Part shown: positions 24,747 to 37,390 of the stretch, piece by piece | Layout of the letters: each line of letters begins with the position of its first letter | Position numbering within the stretch: position 1 is the stretch's first letter | NCBI GenBank assembly: GCA_964187785.1 | Contig: OZ076410.1 | Coordinates: 8,866,001 to 8,930,000 of the forward strand | DNA from: Amphiscolops sp. MND2022 | Taxonomy: Eukaryota | DNA: 64,000 nt | Direction: 5' to 3' | The notes under the pieces: generated by a model | What the model saw: only the letters and a program-made list of their open reading frames with translations | Database searches by the model: none | Told to the model about the DNA's origin: nothing | Position numbers and translations under genes: made by a program

Positions 24747-27122
24747 ACTTAGTTTGTAGATATTTATTTATTCTAATGGATGTGCTTTAAAACTAGCCTA
24801 ATTAAATTAAGTTTTTGCTAATGTTGTTGACAAAGTTTGATTTTGTTCAAGGGAATCCTGAAAATTGAAAAAAAATCCCCGTGGAAATGTGATTTCTTCA
24901 AGTTTCAAGTATAAACAACAATGAATTTGCTGGAAAAGAAACAGAACTCCATAGCTAGTTTTTACTGGTAATCACAGCTTTGCTCGCACTAAATTTTGCT
25001 TCACCGTTCATGAAAACACTTTGTTTCTTCCACAAGGACACTTCAAGTTCAATTTCAAAAGCGTTTTTTTGTTCTTAAAAAAGGCATCCACCACAATCCG
25101 AATTTCCGAAAAATAGAAATTTTTTCGTTACTTTCTGAAAACACGTGAAAAACTAGCAAATAACGTGAAAGAACCAGAAATGATAACAACGAAAGATTTA
25201 GGTCATTTCAAGTCTAGTTTGCTAAGAAGCAGTTGCTTATGGGTGTGAGGTGTAACCGCGTTATGGTTCAAACCAATTGCTAGCTTTCATTTCGTATCAA
25301 TGTTACCGAGAACGTGCATGTCATGTCTTCACACCTCCGATTGCATGTATATTTTGAGCACCATTCAAAATCCTCAACACTCGCCTTTTGGTCATTCCAG
25401 CTTTTCCAACTGGTTTTGGTTTTCTGGTTCAAATGCCTCAACTCTTAAACTGTTGAGCAAAATTTTCAACAATGCAAACTTTTTTCATCTTTTTGAACCC
25501 GGGTAAACAGCAGTTCAATTTCATATCAGACTGGTTTTAATGAGCTGCAGTTTTCGCACCATTGGAGCTGTTTTTCAGTACTTTAAACAAGCCTTCGCGA
25601 TGCGCGATGCTTGCTTCTGAATTAAATTATTCTTTTCGGAAAATTCTTTGATAAAAGTTAGCTAAAAAACAACGAAGTGTGAAAACTTTTGTGAAGGAAA
25701 ATTTCAGCTACGGAAAAGAAAACGGCTTATGGTGTTTGATGCAGCAGAAAACGATTTCATTCACGCTTTCATCCTGAATTACTTCCGGAGTTCTGTGAAT
25801 AACACTTCACTTGGAATTAAATTCAAGCCGCTCTGCAGTTCTCGTGGAAGGAAAGTTTTCGATTGGATATTAAAATACTATTTCATCATTCTTTCTGAAA
25901 GAGAAACTAAAAGTACATCCAGGCAGGACAGAGGATGACCTTAAGCAGCTCTTCTACCCTCTCCTTTTGCCAATGTATGTGAAACGCAAAAATATAGGTC
26001 ATATCTCTACTATTAACCCTATTTGACCCAGGTGTTTATGCAAATTTTCAGAAAATCTGATTAAAAACATCAAATTAAATCACCAGTACCTCCGCAACTA
26101 CGCATTTCAGAGAAATAAACTTTCTTTGGGCTTTATTTTCGTTAGGTGAACCTGTCGCCGCGCGCCCCATTTTCCAGATGTTTTTTTTTCGGTATTCCAC
26201 ACTTCTACGCGGGGCTTGTTGCTCTTTTCTATGGGTGAAAGACTGAGAAAACTTTCTTGCCAAAAACGGAATTCTGGAAAAGCAATTTTTGTGAAAAAAA
26301 AAACTTGAGACAAATTCACTTATGCTTCTGCCATTGAAGTCACTCTAGGTACTAATGAATCGTTGACAAAAATTTTGAAAAGTAAACCCGTGAGGGATAG
26401 TAAACCTTTTTACTCTCGTATCATATTGATAAAGGCTGATAGTCTTGAAAACAGGCAATTCTACTTTTTTTGAGAATTTATATCATAGCTTTAATGGCTA
26501 GCAAAACATCCAACTTAACAAAATTTCAAGTACCGTCATTTATTGGCAAGAAATTTCAAAAATTCCTTGTGGTATTTCATCAAAACACGGGAAATCGACA
26601 TTTTTCATTCTATTACTTTTATTGAAACGATCTTTTTGAAGATTTGAGAACTCGTAGGGCGGATTCGGAGGTAGAGTATCTTCAAGATGGCACTCATTTA
26701 TTCATTGATTTTTTTACCAAAAAGTCGCAATTGTCCGAATACGAATATTCCATCTTGAATTTCAAAACTTTTCTAGGAATTTTTCCGCAGCACTGAGTAA
26801 TTCAGTCCGGAGCAGAACTTTTGTCGGCTAGGAATTAATTCCTGTTAACATCTACCTGGCTGATTAGTTATAACTCAGAGAAACTTCATTCTACGAAAAT
26901 AGATGTAATATTAATATACATCATAAACTTCAAAAGTATTTCAACAAAAATCTACAATTGAGAAAATCGTTATTTGTAATGAACGAGTTTCTGTTTAACA
27001 CAAATGGAGCATGGATAGTCTGAACAATAATACTGTGACATTTGTATCTGCTTGTCTTCTCCATTGCCAGCTAGTCCAGACATAATTGGCTCGGATTTTG
27101 GCTACTAGAGGCGACCATTCGC

Positions 27123-27392
27123 TTAACCCGACTTGAAGAGCAGGATGGCGACTTGACCAAGGTAGAAGTAAATGAAGTGCTTCGTCTCGTGGGTTACGTA
27201 ACTTCCGAAGTTTCGGCCCACAATGCAATGCCAAGTAGGGTTGTATTTTTTGTCGAATTCCTTCTTGATGTAAGCGGCGATGTCCTTTTCAATGTTGAAC
27301 TTCTCCATACTCTGTGTTGCGCAGTCAATAGCGTCTTGCTGCATGTCCTCGGACATGTCGGCATTCTTGATGACAGCTTTGCGGTCAGTCAT
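27123..27392 (-). CDS. DYNLL: Dynein light chain LC8 (89 aa), CDS without introns
   Basis: [21 protein letters not shown]...[56 protein letters not shown] is the characteristic LC8 sequence at full length. Confidence 0.98.
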   Translation of the reverse strand: MTDRKAVIKNADMSEDMQQDAIDCATQSMEKFNIEKDIAAYIKKEFDKKYNPTWHCIVGRNFGSYVTHETKHFIYFYLGQVAILLFKSG

Positions 27393-29116
27393 TTCTAATT
27401 CGGCAGAAAATCAAATCTGGAATTGTAATTTATAACAACAAATTGACGCAAGGACAGCAGTAGATTTTGTGTTTGTGAAGCAGAAATTACCGAAGAACGC
27501 AAAGCAAAGGTTCAGCAGCGTGTATCAAGCATGATCGTGAAGCGCGTCACAGCAGCGCGTATCACAAATACTCGATTTTGATTGGCTAGTCGGCAGCGCG
27601 TACCACGATACGAGCGCGTCAGTGTCTCCAAGATGCAGCAACGCGTAGCTTAAGCTGAATCTACCGCGGCTGAACTCTTTTTGTCCTCTGATGGTATGCT
27701 GGTAATAAATGCAGAAGGTAAATTGGTAGAATTACAAATAATTATCGGTTTTTACGGTATAATATATTTCCATTCATTTCCATGAAGTATCAAACAAGCA
27801 GGAAAACGTTACGGCATTGAAATCAAAACCAAGCAGCTACCGTTTTTATTTACTACTTTGCTGCAGCTTTTAAATTATCTGCGACATGCGAAAGGATACA
27901 TTTTCTGTGATGTCTACTGTAGCGTTCTAAAATATCGCAACTCCATTGCTTAAAATTGCCATTTTCGAATCCAAATATTTTGAAAACTGCTAGGAAAACT
28001 GTACTCTATTTCGTGTCTATGAACACTGCAACACATGTATTAAGATGGCTATAGGAATTATGATTTAGAAAATTGAAAATGGGGGGAATATGGGGGGAAA
28101 TAAGGCAGAAGGTTCAAATAGCATTATGTCGACATAGTTTGCGTTGAAATTTTGGTCCAATAAAATAATTGATGTCGACATAATCCTATGATATATGCAA
28201 TACATTAGATTTTATAGCGGACAAAATTTGCGCTGAAATAAGGGCCTTTTTATGCGATTTTAGCTTGTTTAAAACGTGAATTTTAAAACGGGGGTGGATG
28301 ACATGGGCCGCAGTGACAAATTGGCAAATTTCGGTTTTAACAGCCTTTACGCTCGGGACGTGCTGTGATAATTTCATATCAAAATGATATCTACAAAATA
28401 ATATGAAACACCAAAAGCGCCCTTTCTGTCAGCATCAGACTGTCAGCATTTGTTAATCGTAAAACCTCATCTTGAAGAGCCCTTTGAAATTCCACTAAAA
28501 AGATATGTCATGCTGTTTATTACCACGACAATTTTTTTCATCAGGCTCCTCTTGATAGAAAGAATTTTGAGGAATGTAAATTTGGTAAATGATGAAAGTA
28601 TTAAATGATGACAAACCTGCAGTTTTTTGGAAAAGAAGCATTTGAAAGCTAAAGATCTTTATGGCGGCATATAAAAATATATACTTTGTTACATTCAGGG
28701 GTGTGAAATATTGATTTAAATATATTTTTCAAAAAAATAAATATATTGTTCGATTCAATTTCAGCAATAAATATATTGTATTTATTGTCCTGCAATATTT
28801 TAGAAAAACAATAGATTGTGAAATATTTTATTGGGCAGAGAAACATTCATTTACAAGGCAAACATCCCAATGTTGTTATTTGTATAAAGAAAGACTACAC
28901 TCTCGAAATTAATAGTCAAATTTGTCGGCAAGAAGTGTTGCTTCCAGTTCTTTCAAAGCTTCGTCCACAAAATCTCCCATAATAGTCTTTCACTTCTAGT
29001 CAGTTTACAATGCATATTAAATGAAATTTTATTTCTATTTTGCAATGATTTTTTGCGCAATATATTGTCGAGCTCTGACAATATTTGCCTTATTTCAATA
29101 AATATATTGTATTTTT

Positions 29117-29423
29117 GGATCTCTCACTATATCCCCCCTACAGCAAAAAGGGACATAGTGAAACGCTATTAAATACATGTATTGCACATTCTAATAGCGC
29201 AGATCTGCTCTTATCTAACAACGCTTCTGATTGGCTGAGTGGGGATTTTGATAATAAGAACCAATAAAAAGTGTCGTTAGTTATGACGAGATCAATTGAT
29301 TGACAGAATAGCATGTGAGATAAGCCAATAGGAGATAAATATAAATGAGCCACAAACATTCTTTCTCTCTAGGGGGGACATAGTGTAACGAGTGATATAG
29401 GGGGGACATAGTGAAAGAGATCC
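29117..29423. mobile_element. MITE with GG termini and 8-bp TSD (Merlin-like by inference)
   Basis: TIR GGATCTC(TT)TCACTAT(A/G)TCCCCCCTA. Perfect TSD GTATTTTT at 29109-29116 and 29424-29431. Confidence 0.85.
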
Positions 29424-29591
29424 GTATTTTTGCTCCAACTAAATAAATATAATAATTGTATTTAATTGCAATATTTTGCAATACAATATAAATTTTTACA
29501 CCTCTGGTTACATTTAAAAGGGGAAATATGTAAACTGAACAACGATATACAAAACTATATTTCATTATAATCTTTTTATGCATGCATCCTT

Positions 29592-29636
29592 TAGATTAGC
29601 AAGCCAATGCTTTAACCATTCGGCCATAGCGCCTTG
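29592..29636 (-). pseudogene. 5' half of a tRNA-Ser(GCT)-like sequence or SINE head
   Basis: Minus strand CAAGGCGCTATGGCCGAATGGTTAAAGCATTGGCTTGCTAATCTA has an A box and a GCT anticodon-like loop, but no T arm or B box. Confidence 0.55.
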
Positions 29637-29662
29637 AAAATGAGCGATTTTAATCTTATTTG

Positions 29663-30102
29663 GGTACTCCTGACTAAGTGTGGTCCCAAGCGATTTCTCC
29701 TTTCTAAGTGTGGTCCCTCAATACAAGTGTGGTACCTGCATATTTCGTCGGAATAATAATTATAACGTAGTCAGCTATGTTCACATACCCCTAGTGCCCT
29801 AAATGCAGGAGCGAAGCGAAGCGGAGCGACGTGCCATATAGCCATGCCTCAATGTTGCTACTTGGCGAAGGGAGCGAAGCGACCGGAGCCATACAATAAA
29901 TATGCTAACCTCTTCAAATCAAGTTCCATACATATTCGCTGTAACAGCACTAAAAGCTAGTAAATTGAATTCTGCTGTTTTGAACTACATGTAATGTTTG
30001 CTTTACGTTGGCTCTTCTAAATTTGCTAGGGACCACACTTAGTCAGGAGTTTTCAGGCCGGCTGCATAAATTTTGTAGGGACCACACTTAGTCAGGAGTA
30101 CC
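29663..30102. mobile_element. MITE with GG termini and 8-bp TSD (Merlin-like), containing a GCGAAGC-repeat module
   Basis: Perfect 25-bp TIR GGTACTCCTGACTAAGTGTGGTCCC. Perfect TSD CTTATTTG at 29655-29662 and 30103-30110. Confidence 0.9.
29756..29952 (+). repeat. About 200-bp dispersed repeat rich in GCGAAGC (copy A of 4)
   Basis: TTATAACGTAGTCAGCTATG...CCCTAGTGCCCTAAATGCAGGAGCGAAGCGAAGCGGAGCGAC...TGTAACAGCACT. Also at 42001-42090 plus 44019-44132 (split by the hAT), about 43470-43606 (minus) and 44891-45093. Confidence 0.85.
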
Positions 30103-30858
30103 CTTATTTGTAAACAAACTTTAATTGCGCACGCAACACGAGGTAATGTATATTTCATATACGTAGCCTGGCCTGTAAGAATTCATAGTTACTATTAGTT
30201 AGCATTAGTTAGCGTTTTTGCACTGACTATGAAGGCCGTACAAATTGGAAACTAGCACAAGGTGATGCAAAATGGTTGTTACCTTATAGGAGCTACTGAT
30301 GACAAATTTTATGGAAATAGTGAAAGAACTTTTATACAACCAAAAAGTGAAACGCTTGCAGCATCATAGGCATAATCACAAAAAACAATTTTGGCAAATA
30401 GTAGTGGCAGATACCCTTTCGAATGCCGAGCTATTCAAGAAGTGAGTTTGACCTGAACATCCCGAAATTTTCGAACCTTTAATTCTGCCTGGTTGATTGG
30501 CGAACCGGACCAGGTGTTCAATTCCACCCCAGGTATACCTTGTTGCGAATTCCCCCGCATTTTGTTCTTGAATAAAAATATTTCACTAGTAAAAGAATAT
30601 TATATGAATGTAAACACATAGAGGATTCAGGCACTTCAGGCAAAAAATTTACCCTATTTTTTTATATTATTGTCCAAAACAGCAGAAATTAAAGCTTGGA
30701 AGAAGCTAAAGTTGTATAAACTGACCCCTATTTCAACGCATGTTTTCTCCATGATAAAATCTAATGAGAACATCTAAATGACAAGTTTTCCGGGTAGCTT
30801 CAAATTTCTCAGCTTGTCCATAACTATATGAATGTTTTATTTGATTAAGATTCATCTT

Positions 30859-32720
30859 GTAGTTTTGCTTGCCCTGCTAAGTTGAATATGTGGGAGGCGC
30901 AGCCCAGAAGAGGTAAATTGAGAATGGTTGAAATTGCTTCCTTGGTTTTGATAACACAACTCAACAAGTTTTGTAGCTGTGAAAGAAGTTTCATCGAAAA
31001 ATTCTCTTCTCTACCCGTTTTGTCACAATCTCCATGTATTTTTAAAAAAGATTTCCTTGAAATTCTTCAAAGTTAGAATTATTTTTAGTGAAAGTGTTCC
31101 ACAAAACTGAAGGGCTTCATCTTGAACATACCCAGTCGAGCCATCCATGACTTGGTACTGTCTTTTTTTGAAACAAAGGATTCTAATTTGGTTTGTTTTA
31201 AATCATTTTTGTAAACTGGATGCTGCGATATAATGTGGTTGAGTAATATTGTCCATTAAGAGTTTTTCTTCTGAATAAGTTCTTACCGCATTTGCATGTC
31301 CATGAATTTGGTATATACTCATTTTGAGAAAAATACTTCACGCAAATTTCTCATTCCAACGTTAAAAGTCAATTTTGTTCGTGCAACGTTATTTTTCATT
31401 AAGTGGCTGGCTATGTTATGTTTTGGGCAATTCTCATTGGCTAAAATATTCAAGCCACAGCCTTCATAAAATCGCGGCGCGAATTCTCGTTCGAGTGATA
31501 AAATCAGCGTTTACAAGTGTCGGACAATAATTTTTTTAACGCAAATAGTCCAGTCTTGTTCTGGAAGGTATCCAATCAGGCAATCAAAATGGTGGATCGA
31601 AACAATCTGCGTCGATTGATATATTATATGTGGAAATTAGGTATGACTGATTCATTTTGCCAATAAAATTTGTCTCGGAGTCAATTTTCACGGCAAGGAT
31701 AAAAAACTCGATTCACTATGAAAGCTTAACTGATTTTCGTTCCAAGTTTTTGTTTCAAACAATTTTCATTTGTTTTCCGGCTAGCTTCAAAATTTCGAAG
31801 TTTTCCGGCTTGCTTCAAGTTTCTCGGCTTGACCATAAGTTTATGATTTTTTTTATTCAGTTCAGAGTCATATTGTAGTTTTGCTTGCTTGCACTGCTAA
31901 GTTGAATCTGTGGGAGGCGCAGCCCACAAGAGGTAAATTGAGGAGGGTTGAAATTGCTTCACTGGTTTTACAATTATCAGCAACCAGGGCTATTACACTC
32001 TTCATTGATTTACCAAATAAATATCACACCCATTCAAGAAACTAACATATTTTGTACCTGTGAGAGATTTTCATGGCAAAATTCTCGTCTCTACCTCTTT
32101 TGTAACAATCTCCATTTATTTTTTAAAAAATTCATTGAAATTTCTCCCAAGTTAGAATATTTTCAAGTAAAAGAGTCTTCCCGTGAAGTGAGGGGCTGCA
32201 TGCTTGAACATACCCAGTCGAGCCATCCATGAATTGAAACTGAAACAAAGGAATCTAATTCGATTTGTTTTGAATCATTTTTGCATGTCCATGAATTAGG
32301 TATATACTCATTTTGAGGAAAATACTTTAGGCAAATTTCTTTCATTCCAACGTTAAAAGTCTGGCTATGTTCTGCACTGGGCGATTCTAATTGCCTAAAA
32401 TATTCAAGCCAGAGCCTTCATAAAATCGCCGCGCGAATTCTCGTTCGAGTGATAAAATCAGCGTTTACTAGTGTCGGGCAATAATTTATTTTTTATGCCA
32501 AAGTTCCAGTTTCATTCTGGAAGGTATTCAATTAGGCAATCAAAATGGTATATCGAACAATCTGCGTCGATTGACATATCATATGTGGAAATCAGGTATG
32601 AACAACTCATTTTGCCAATACAATTTGTCTCGGAGTCAATTTTCACGGCAAGGATCCAAAAATTGGTGCAATCGACACACCATGAAAGCTTAACTTATTT
32701 TCGTTCCAATTTTTGTGTTT
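30859..32720 (-). pseudogene. Tandem duplication (about 1.0-kb unit) of a decayed hAT 5' fragment with BED finger
   Basis: Units start at 30859 and 31876 with shared blocks such as TGTGGGAGGCGCAGCCC and CTTGAACATACCCAGTCGAGCCATCCATGA. Minus-strand NSWTCKCGK...WTILLNHIISQHPVY resembles the BED finger at 43090-43335 (GFTNLFNHIKSQHPEY). Confidence 0.7.
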
Positions 32721-33807
32721 TTAAACAATTTCTTTAGTTTTCTTTGATGCTCATTGAATTTAAAGCATCATCCCTTCAAATTATACATGGATAATTGGCT
32801 TCCTGTAACTTAGTTGCCTCAAGCGAATTCATAAATAGGAAATAATTGCAATGATTTGCAGAGCTTGCAATCAATAAATTGTAATTGAAAATTCTGTGCA
32901 ATCAAATAATTGGACCCAATTACTTGCAAAAAATTGCATTGCATTTAATTTTTCCCTAAACCTGAACGTATGCTACCAAGATTTGATAGAGAAGTCTTTG
33001 TGAAGTTTAACAAGACTCTGAAAATGACAACAATGCTGCAATTGAACAATGAAGAGGTTATTGTGTCACTGCAAATTTTTCACTAATCTGTGAATTGGAA
33101 GAATTTAAAGATCGTTTGGATGTCAGCTGTTTGGTTTGGGGGAAGCTGTCAAGGCCCTGGAAGCTGAGGAAAGAGAAATCTGAAACTCATGTCATAGTGA
33201 ATGCCTTGTGTATGATTATTGGTTTTCAGTAGCTTTAACTATATGTTGAGAATAGCTCCACTACAACTCAATTCAACCCGTGGGTACCATGCACGAGACA
33301 AGGACCGGCTGAGTATCTACAAAAATTTCTATTTTCTTCGAAGGCAAATAAGAATCAAAACAAACGCAGACGGCGGGGGTGAGTGTGACAAGGAAATCAC
33401 GCTCTTTAGCTAACTTCGTGATCTGACCCTTTTCCGGGGGTTGTCTCGTTACTCTTAAAGTGTTTTGGAGGGAAAGGAGCAGTTTGAACATCTTTTAATA
33501 CACAATACTAATATATGACGATTATTAGACACAAACACAATTTCACAACCACGAATAATAGAATGTATTTGGTCATAACATCGATAAATACGAAGAAAAG
33601 TACGACTAATATTAGGAGGCACAACAATAACACAGCAATCAATAAGTGTTTCAGCAAGGTGTTCATTTCTATTATCCGTGAGAATAGTATGTGATATCTG
33701 CAAGATATCTAATATTGCAACTCGTCGCAATTCTTCTCTATCGGTCTTGAAGTGAAAGCAATCAGTGAATTCGAGGGCCAATGAACCCGTATTACAAGTA
33801 GAGATGA

Positions 33808-34230
33808 TAGGCCAACAGACCACCCTGCTCCCGGGTCAAAATTCGTGCTAAGGGATGGCGAATCAGCAAAATGACAGGCAACTTCTAGAAGAAGGCACGG
33901 GCGTCACGGCCAATCAAAGCAACTCTGCAATCTTAATAATCCAGTGTCTAATGCGGAACGTATTGACGACGCAAAGTAGCCACCTGGTCTCTAGGGGCAA
34001 ACTCGCGTTAATTATAGTCAGTAGGTCAACAGACCACCTGTTGCTGGGTCAAAATTCGTGCTATGAATGGCGGATCAGCAAAATGACAGGCAACTTCTAG
34101 AAGAAGGTACAGGCGTCACGGCCAATCAAAGTAATTCTGCAATTTTGACAATCAGGTGCCTGATGCGGAACGTGAAGACTCCGTAACAACAGCAAACTGT
34201 CTTCTAGAGAGCAACTCACGTTGTGCGCTT
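33808..34230. repeat. Diverged tandem direct repeat, about 214-bp unit, 2 copies
   Basis: Shared CAACAGACCACC, GGGTCAAAATTCGTGCTA, CAGCAAAATGACAGGCAACTTCTAGAAGAAGG and GGCGTCACGGCCAATCAAAG at 33808-34021 and 34022-34230. Confidence 0.85.
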
Positions 34231-36937
34231 TCGTAATGGCGTACACTTCGGCCCAAGTTATCGTTTCGGCAATTTAGTCATTAAAGTATTTGTATTTCGT
34301 CATGCTTTCTTTTCTGGTGCCTGACTAAGTCTTGAGTAAGACAGTTTTTCCTACTTCAGTACTAAAAGTTCATCAGAAGTACATTTTCTCATCATTAGTC
34401 GGGTCTGGTTCTACCTTTCTGTCCATCATGACCAGTGGTTTTGCTTCGTTTTCAATCAGATAAAAGGGGAGGAATCACTGTCTCAATTTTTCTCACTTTT
34501 GCAAACACGACTTTACTTTCGGCTGTATGATTGACATTTGCACTTTTTGTCAGGTCCCTTTTTCTCACACGACTCTTGACAACTCTCTTCGGCAAAACAT
34601 GGCTGAAGGAAATAAATCCCAACAATTTACAAAGACCTAGAAGACACTTTTATTTCACATCCCAATAAGCTACAAAAACGTTTTTTGTTCATATCTTTCT
34701 AATTAGACTCCTTCACGGTAAAAAACGTCCTGAAGGTAAAGTAGTCAAAAGTCAGGTATCGACAATTGCAAAACTACTCTCAACGTTGGAGGGCTCGCAA
34801 TCGTTCAATTTGAAAGGTACAGCGTGGGAACTTATATAGTCTTGTGCGTCTACCCTGAAATTTTCAGCTCGATATCACCCAAATCGAGCGAAGGGGTTTG
34901 CATTTTGGTAGGTCGAACTTCCTAATAGCAAAATGAAAACACAACATTCAATTCTTGGGGATTTCTCGCTAGCGCGCCACAGCGCTCTATTCACAATTTA
35001 ATTCACTCATCTGTTTCAGTTTGCAAGTATGCTGCCGAGAAGGGGGCTATTGTACGCTTGTACGTGGAGTACTAGGTTATAACATGCTAAAAACAGTTAT
35101 GTCGGCTAGTTTTGGGCCTTTTTTAACGTTTGATGGCTCAGATCTCGAAAACGTCTGAATGTTATTTTTTTCCAATCAACCAAAATTTAGGCGAATCATT
35201 TATCGTTACTTCCAGCCATATCCGAACCTTTTTTTGACAATTGTACCGGTCACGCGAAAGTTTTGAATGAAAGTAATTTTTGGAAACTAGTTAAATTTTC
35301 ACATGCACTAGTTTTCAAAACCCTCGGCCAAGTTTTCGTTGTCACACGGGGCTCATTCTTTCAACTTGGGCTCTTATGTGGCCAACCTATCGCATGATGG
35401 AAACCGTTTGTTGATATCTTTTTTCCATTTTTGAGAAATTGTGTTTCAATTTTTACTTCGTATTAAGAGGGATGGGGGTAATTCCAAAGTGTACCGCGGC
35501 CGTTTTTTTATTAGCTATGCATACAGTCACTCACAGCTTGTTCTCAATTTCTTTCCTTTTGCTTTCTGACACGCTTTTGTGAGTTGCATTCTATGCCTTT
35601 TCGGCTCAATGTAAAGTTTACTTTCTCAAACCCATGTATTAACATAGTACTTTGACTGAAATTTTGTTCATAGGTACTTGTGACTTCCAGTTCAACTTTT
35701 GTATGAAATCGATTCCCAAAAATCTTTAACGTTTATTCAACACGTAGTCAGGTCGAATAGGAACATTTGTTTGTTTTATATTTTCTTATATTCCCAAAAG
35801 CTGCCGAGAAATTCGATGGCAAAGTTTCCTTCCGATTAAAATTTTTATACACAGTTTTAGGTGGTGGCGGCGGCCGTATAGCATTAATACGTTGCGCGAT
35901 CGCTTCATATCAGCTAGCAATGGTTATTTTGGTTGTCAACGTGACGAAAGACAATAATTTTGACATTACGCCTATAAGGCGAGGTACCTGAAGTACTTAC
36001 TGTTAGCTTCATGTTCCTAGATATCACATCCGAATAATTTACTTTGCTGAAGGTACAAAATTTAAATACACCTCATAACATGATCAAAAGTTAAAAATCC
36101 TACACCTTCTTAGCAAAATCCATGAAGCGAAAAGAGGAAGCTGCTATTGCTTGAACAGACATGAATGAACAGAAGTCAAACCTCAGAGGTAGAATTTATA
36201 ACATATCTTGTGTAAATCGAATTCTCTTTCAAGGATATGTTAAGATTCCAGTTTTTAGTCGTCGCTTCATGAAGTAAAACGCGACTATCATAGTGACTGT
36301 TTTTTTCAATACACACGACCTGACCAAAATAGTTCTACAAAAGTTCAGCGAATCTTTTTTGGTGTCAAATTGAACCATTTGGCCTAGCGAACAGAATCAA
36401 AAAGGTTTTTCCTTTTTTCCCTCTTAACATAATACCGGGCGAAACTAAAAGGTCCCCCGTTTCAGGTTGTTTCGGCATTGTGCGTCTTTTTTCCGAAAAA
36501 AATTCCCCCCTTCAATTTTTTAAATGTTTTGCGACAGAATGGATGTTCAAAAATTCCAAAAACCCTTTCAGTTTTTTTCGACATTATGAGACTTTTTTCG
36601 GGAAAAACTTTTCTTCCCAAAGGTTCCCCTCAATTTTTTCGATGTTTTGCAACAATGGATATTTGAAAATCCGAAAGGGTTCCCTCCTTTTACCGCACAA
36701 GGACTGACTGTCAGGAGCCAGTGGAAAACATTTAACGTGGCCTTGACATAGTAATAAGCAATTGCGGTGGCTTATTCCTTCCTTTCATGTTGCGCTCAGT
36801 TCGGCAATGGTTAAAAAATAGGCACGTGATTTGTATTGGTGAAGGAATAAAAATTTAGCACTGACTTATAGAACTTCATGTGATACTGCATCGTGTATGT
36901 CGAGATGACCTTTATGTAGTTTTACTAAGAAACTCAA

Positions 36938-37390
36938 TGTTACGACTATTTACCGATGTTGTTTTTTGAGTAGTAGTTTTAGGTCTAATTGGGGTTGATG
37001 TATTGGTAGAAAAGAGTTCTCAGGTTCAGAGTCAGTATTTTCTGAGTTCTGGGAGTTAATCGGGTAATCGGGTTTCTCGCAACTGGAGTTTCAGCATTTC
37101 CTTTCGATTTTCGGTTAATCATTAAGTGAGATCAGACATTATCTCCTTACTGAGTGACGATTTTATATCGTCCAGATTTTTGGAGTATGTTTTCGGATTT
37201 TTACTAGGTCCTGGTATTAGTTCTTCAGCATGATTATTTTCGGCTAAAAGAGTTTCAAGGCTTGTGGCATTAGGCTCAGCAGTAGTTTTTCTCTTCTGGC
37301 TTCTAGTAGTCGTTTCTAGTGAAATGTGAGGATCTTTGGAAAGAGTGAATTCTTCAAAGAAAATCGTTTTTGTTTCAGCAACGTTAACAA
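36938..37390 (-). mobile_element. Solo-LTR-like fragment with decayed ORF running to a TAACA terminus
   Basis: Minus strand TTRSQKRKTTAEPN...NLDDIKSSLSKEIMSDLT...TSTPIRPKTTTQKTTSVNSRN ends at AGTCGTAACA (plus strand TGTTACGACT at 36938). No TSD found. Confidence 0.4.

Noticed and set aside
26013-26040. piggyBac-like terminus TTAA|CCCT
   Set aside because: No matching AGGG|TTAA end was found nearby.
28696-29077. Possible hAT MITE (CAGGGG...CTCTG)
   Set aside because: TIR match is weak and the flanks (GTTACATT vs ACAATATT) do not form a TSD.
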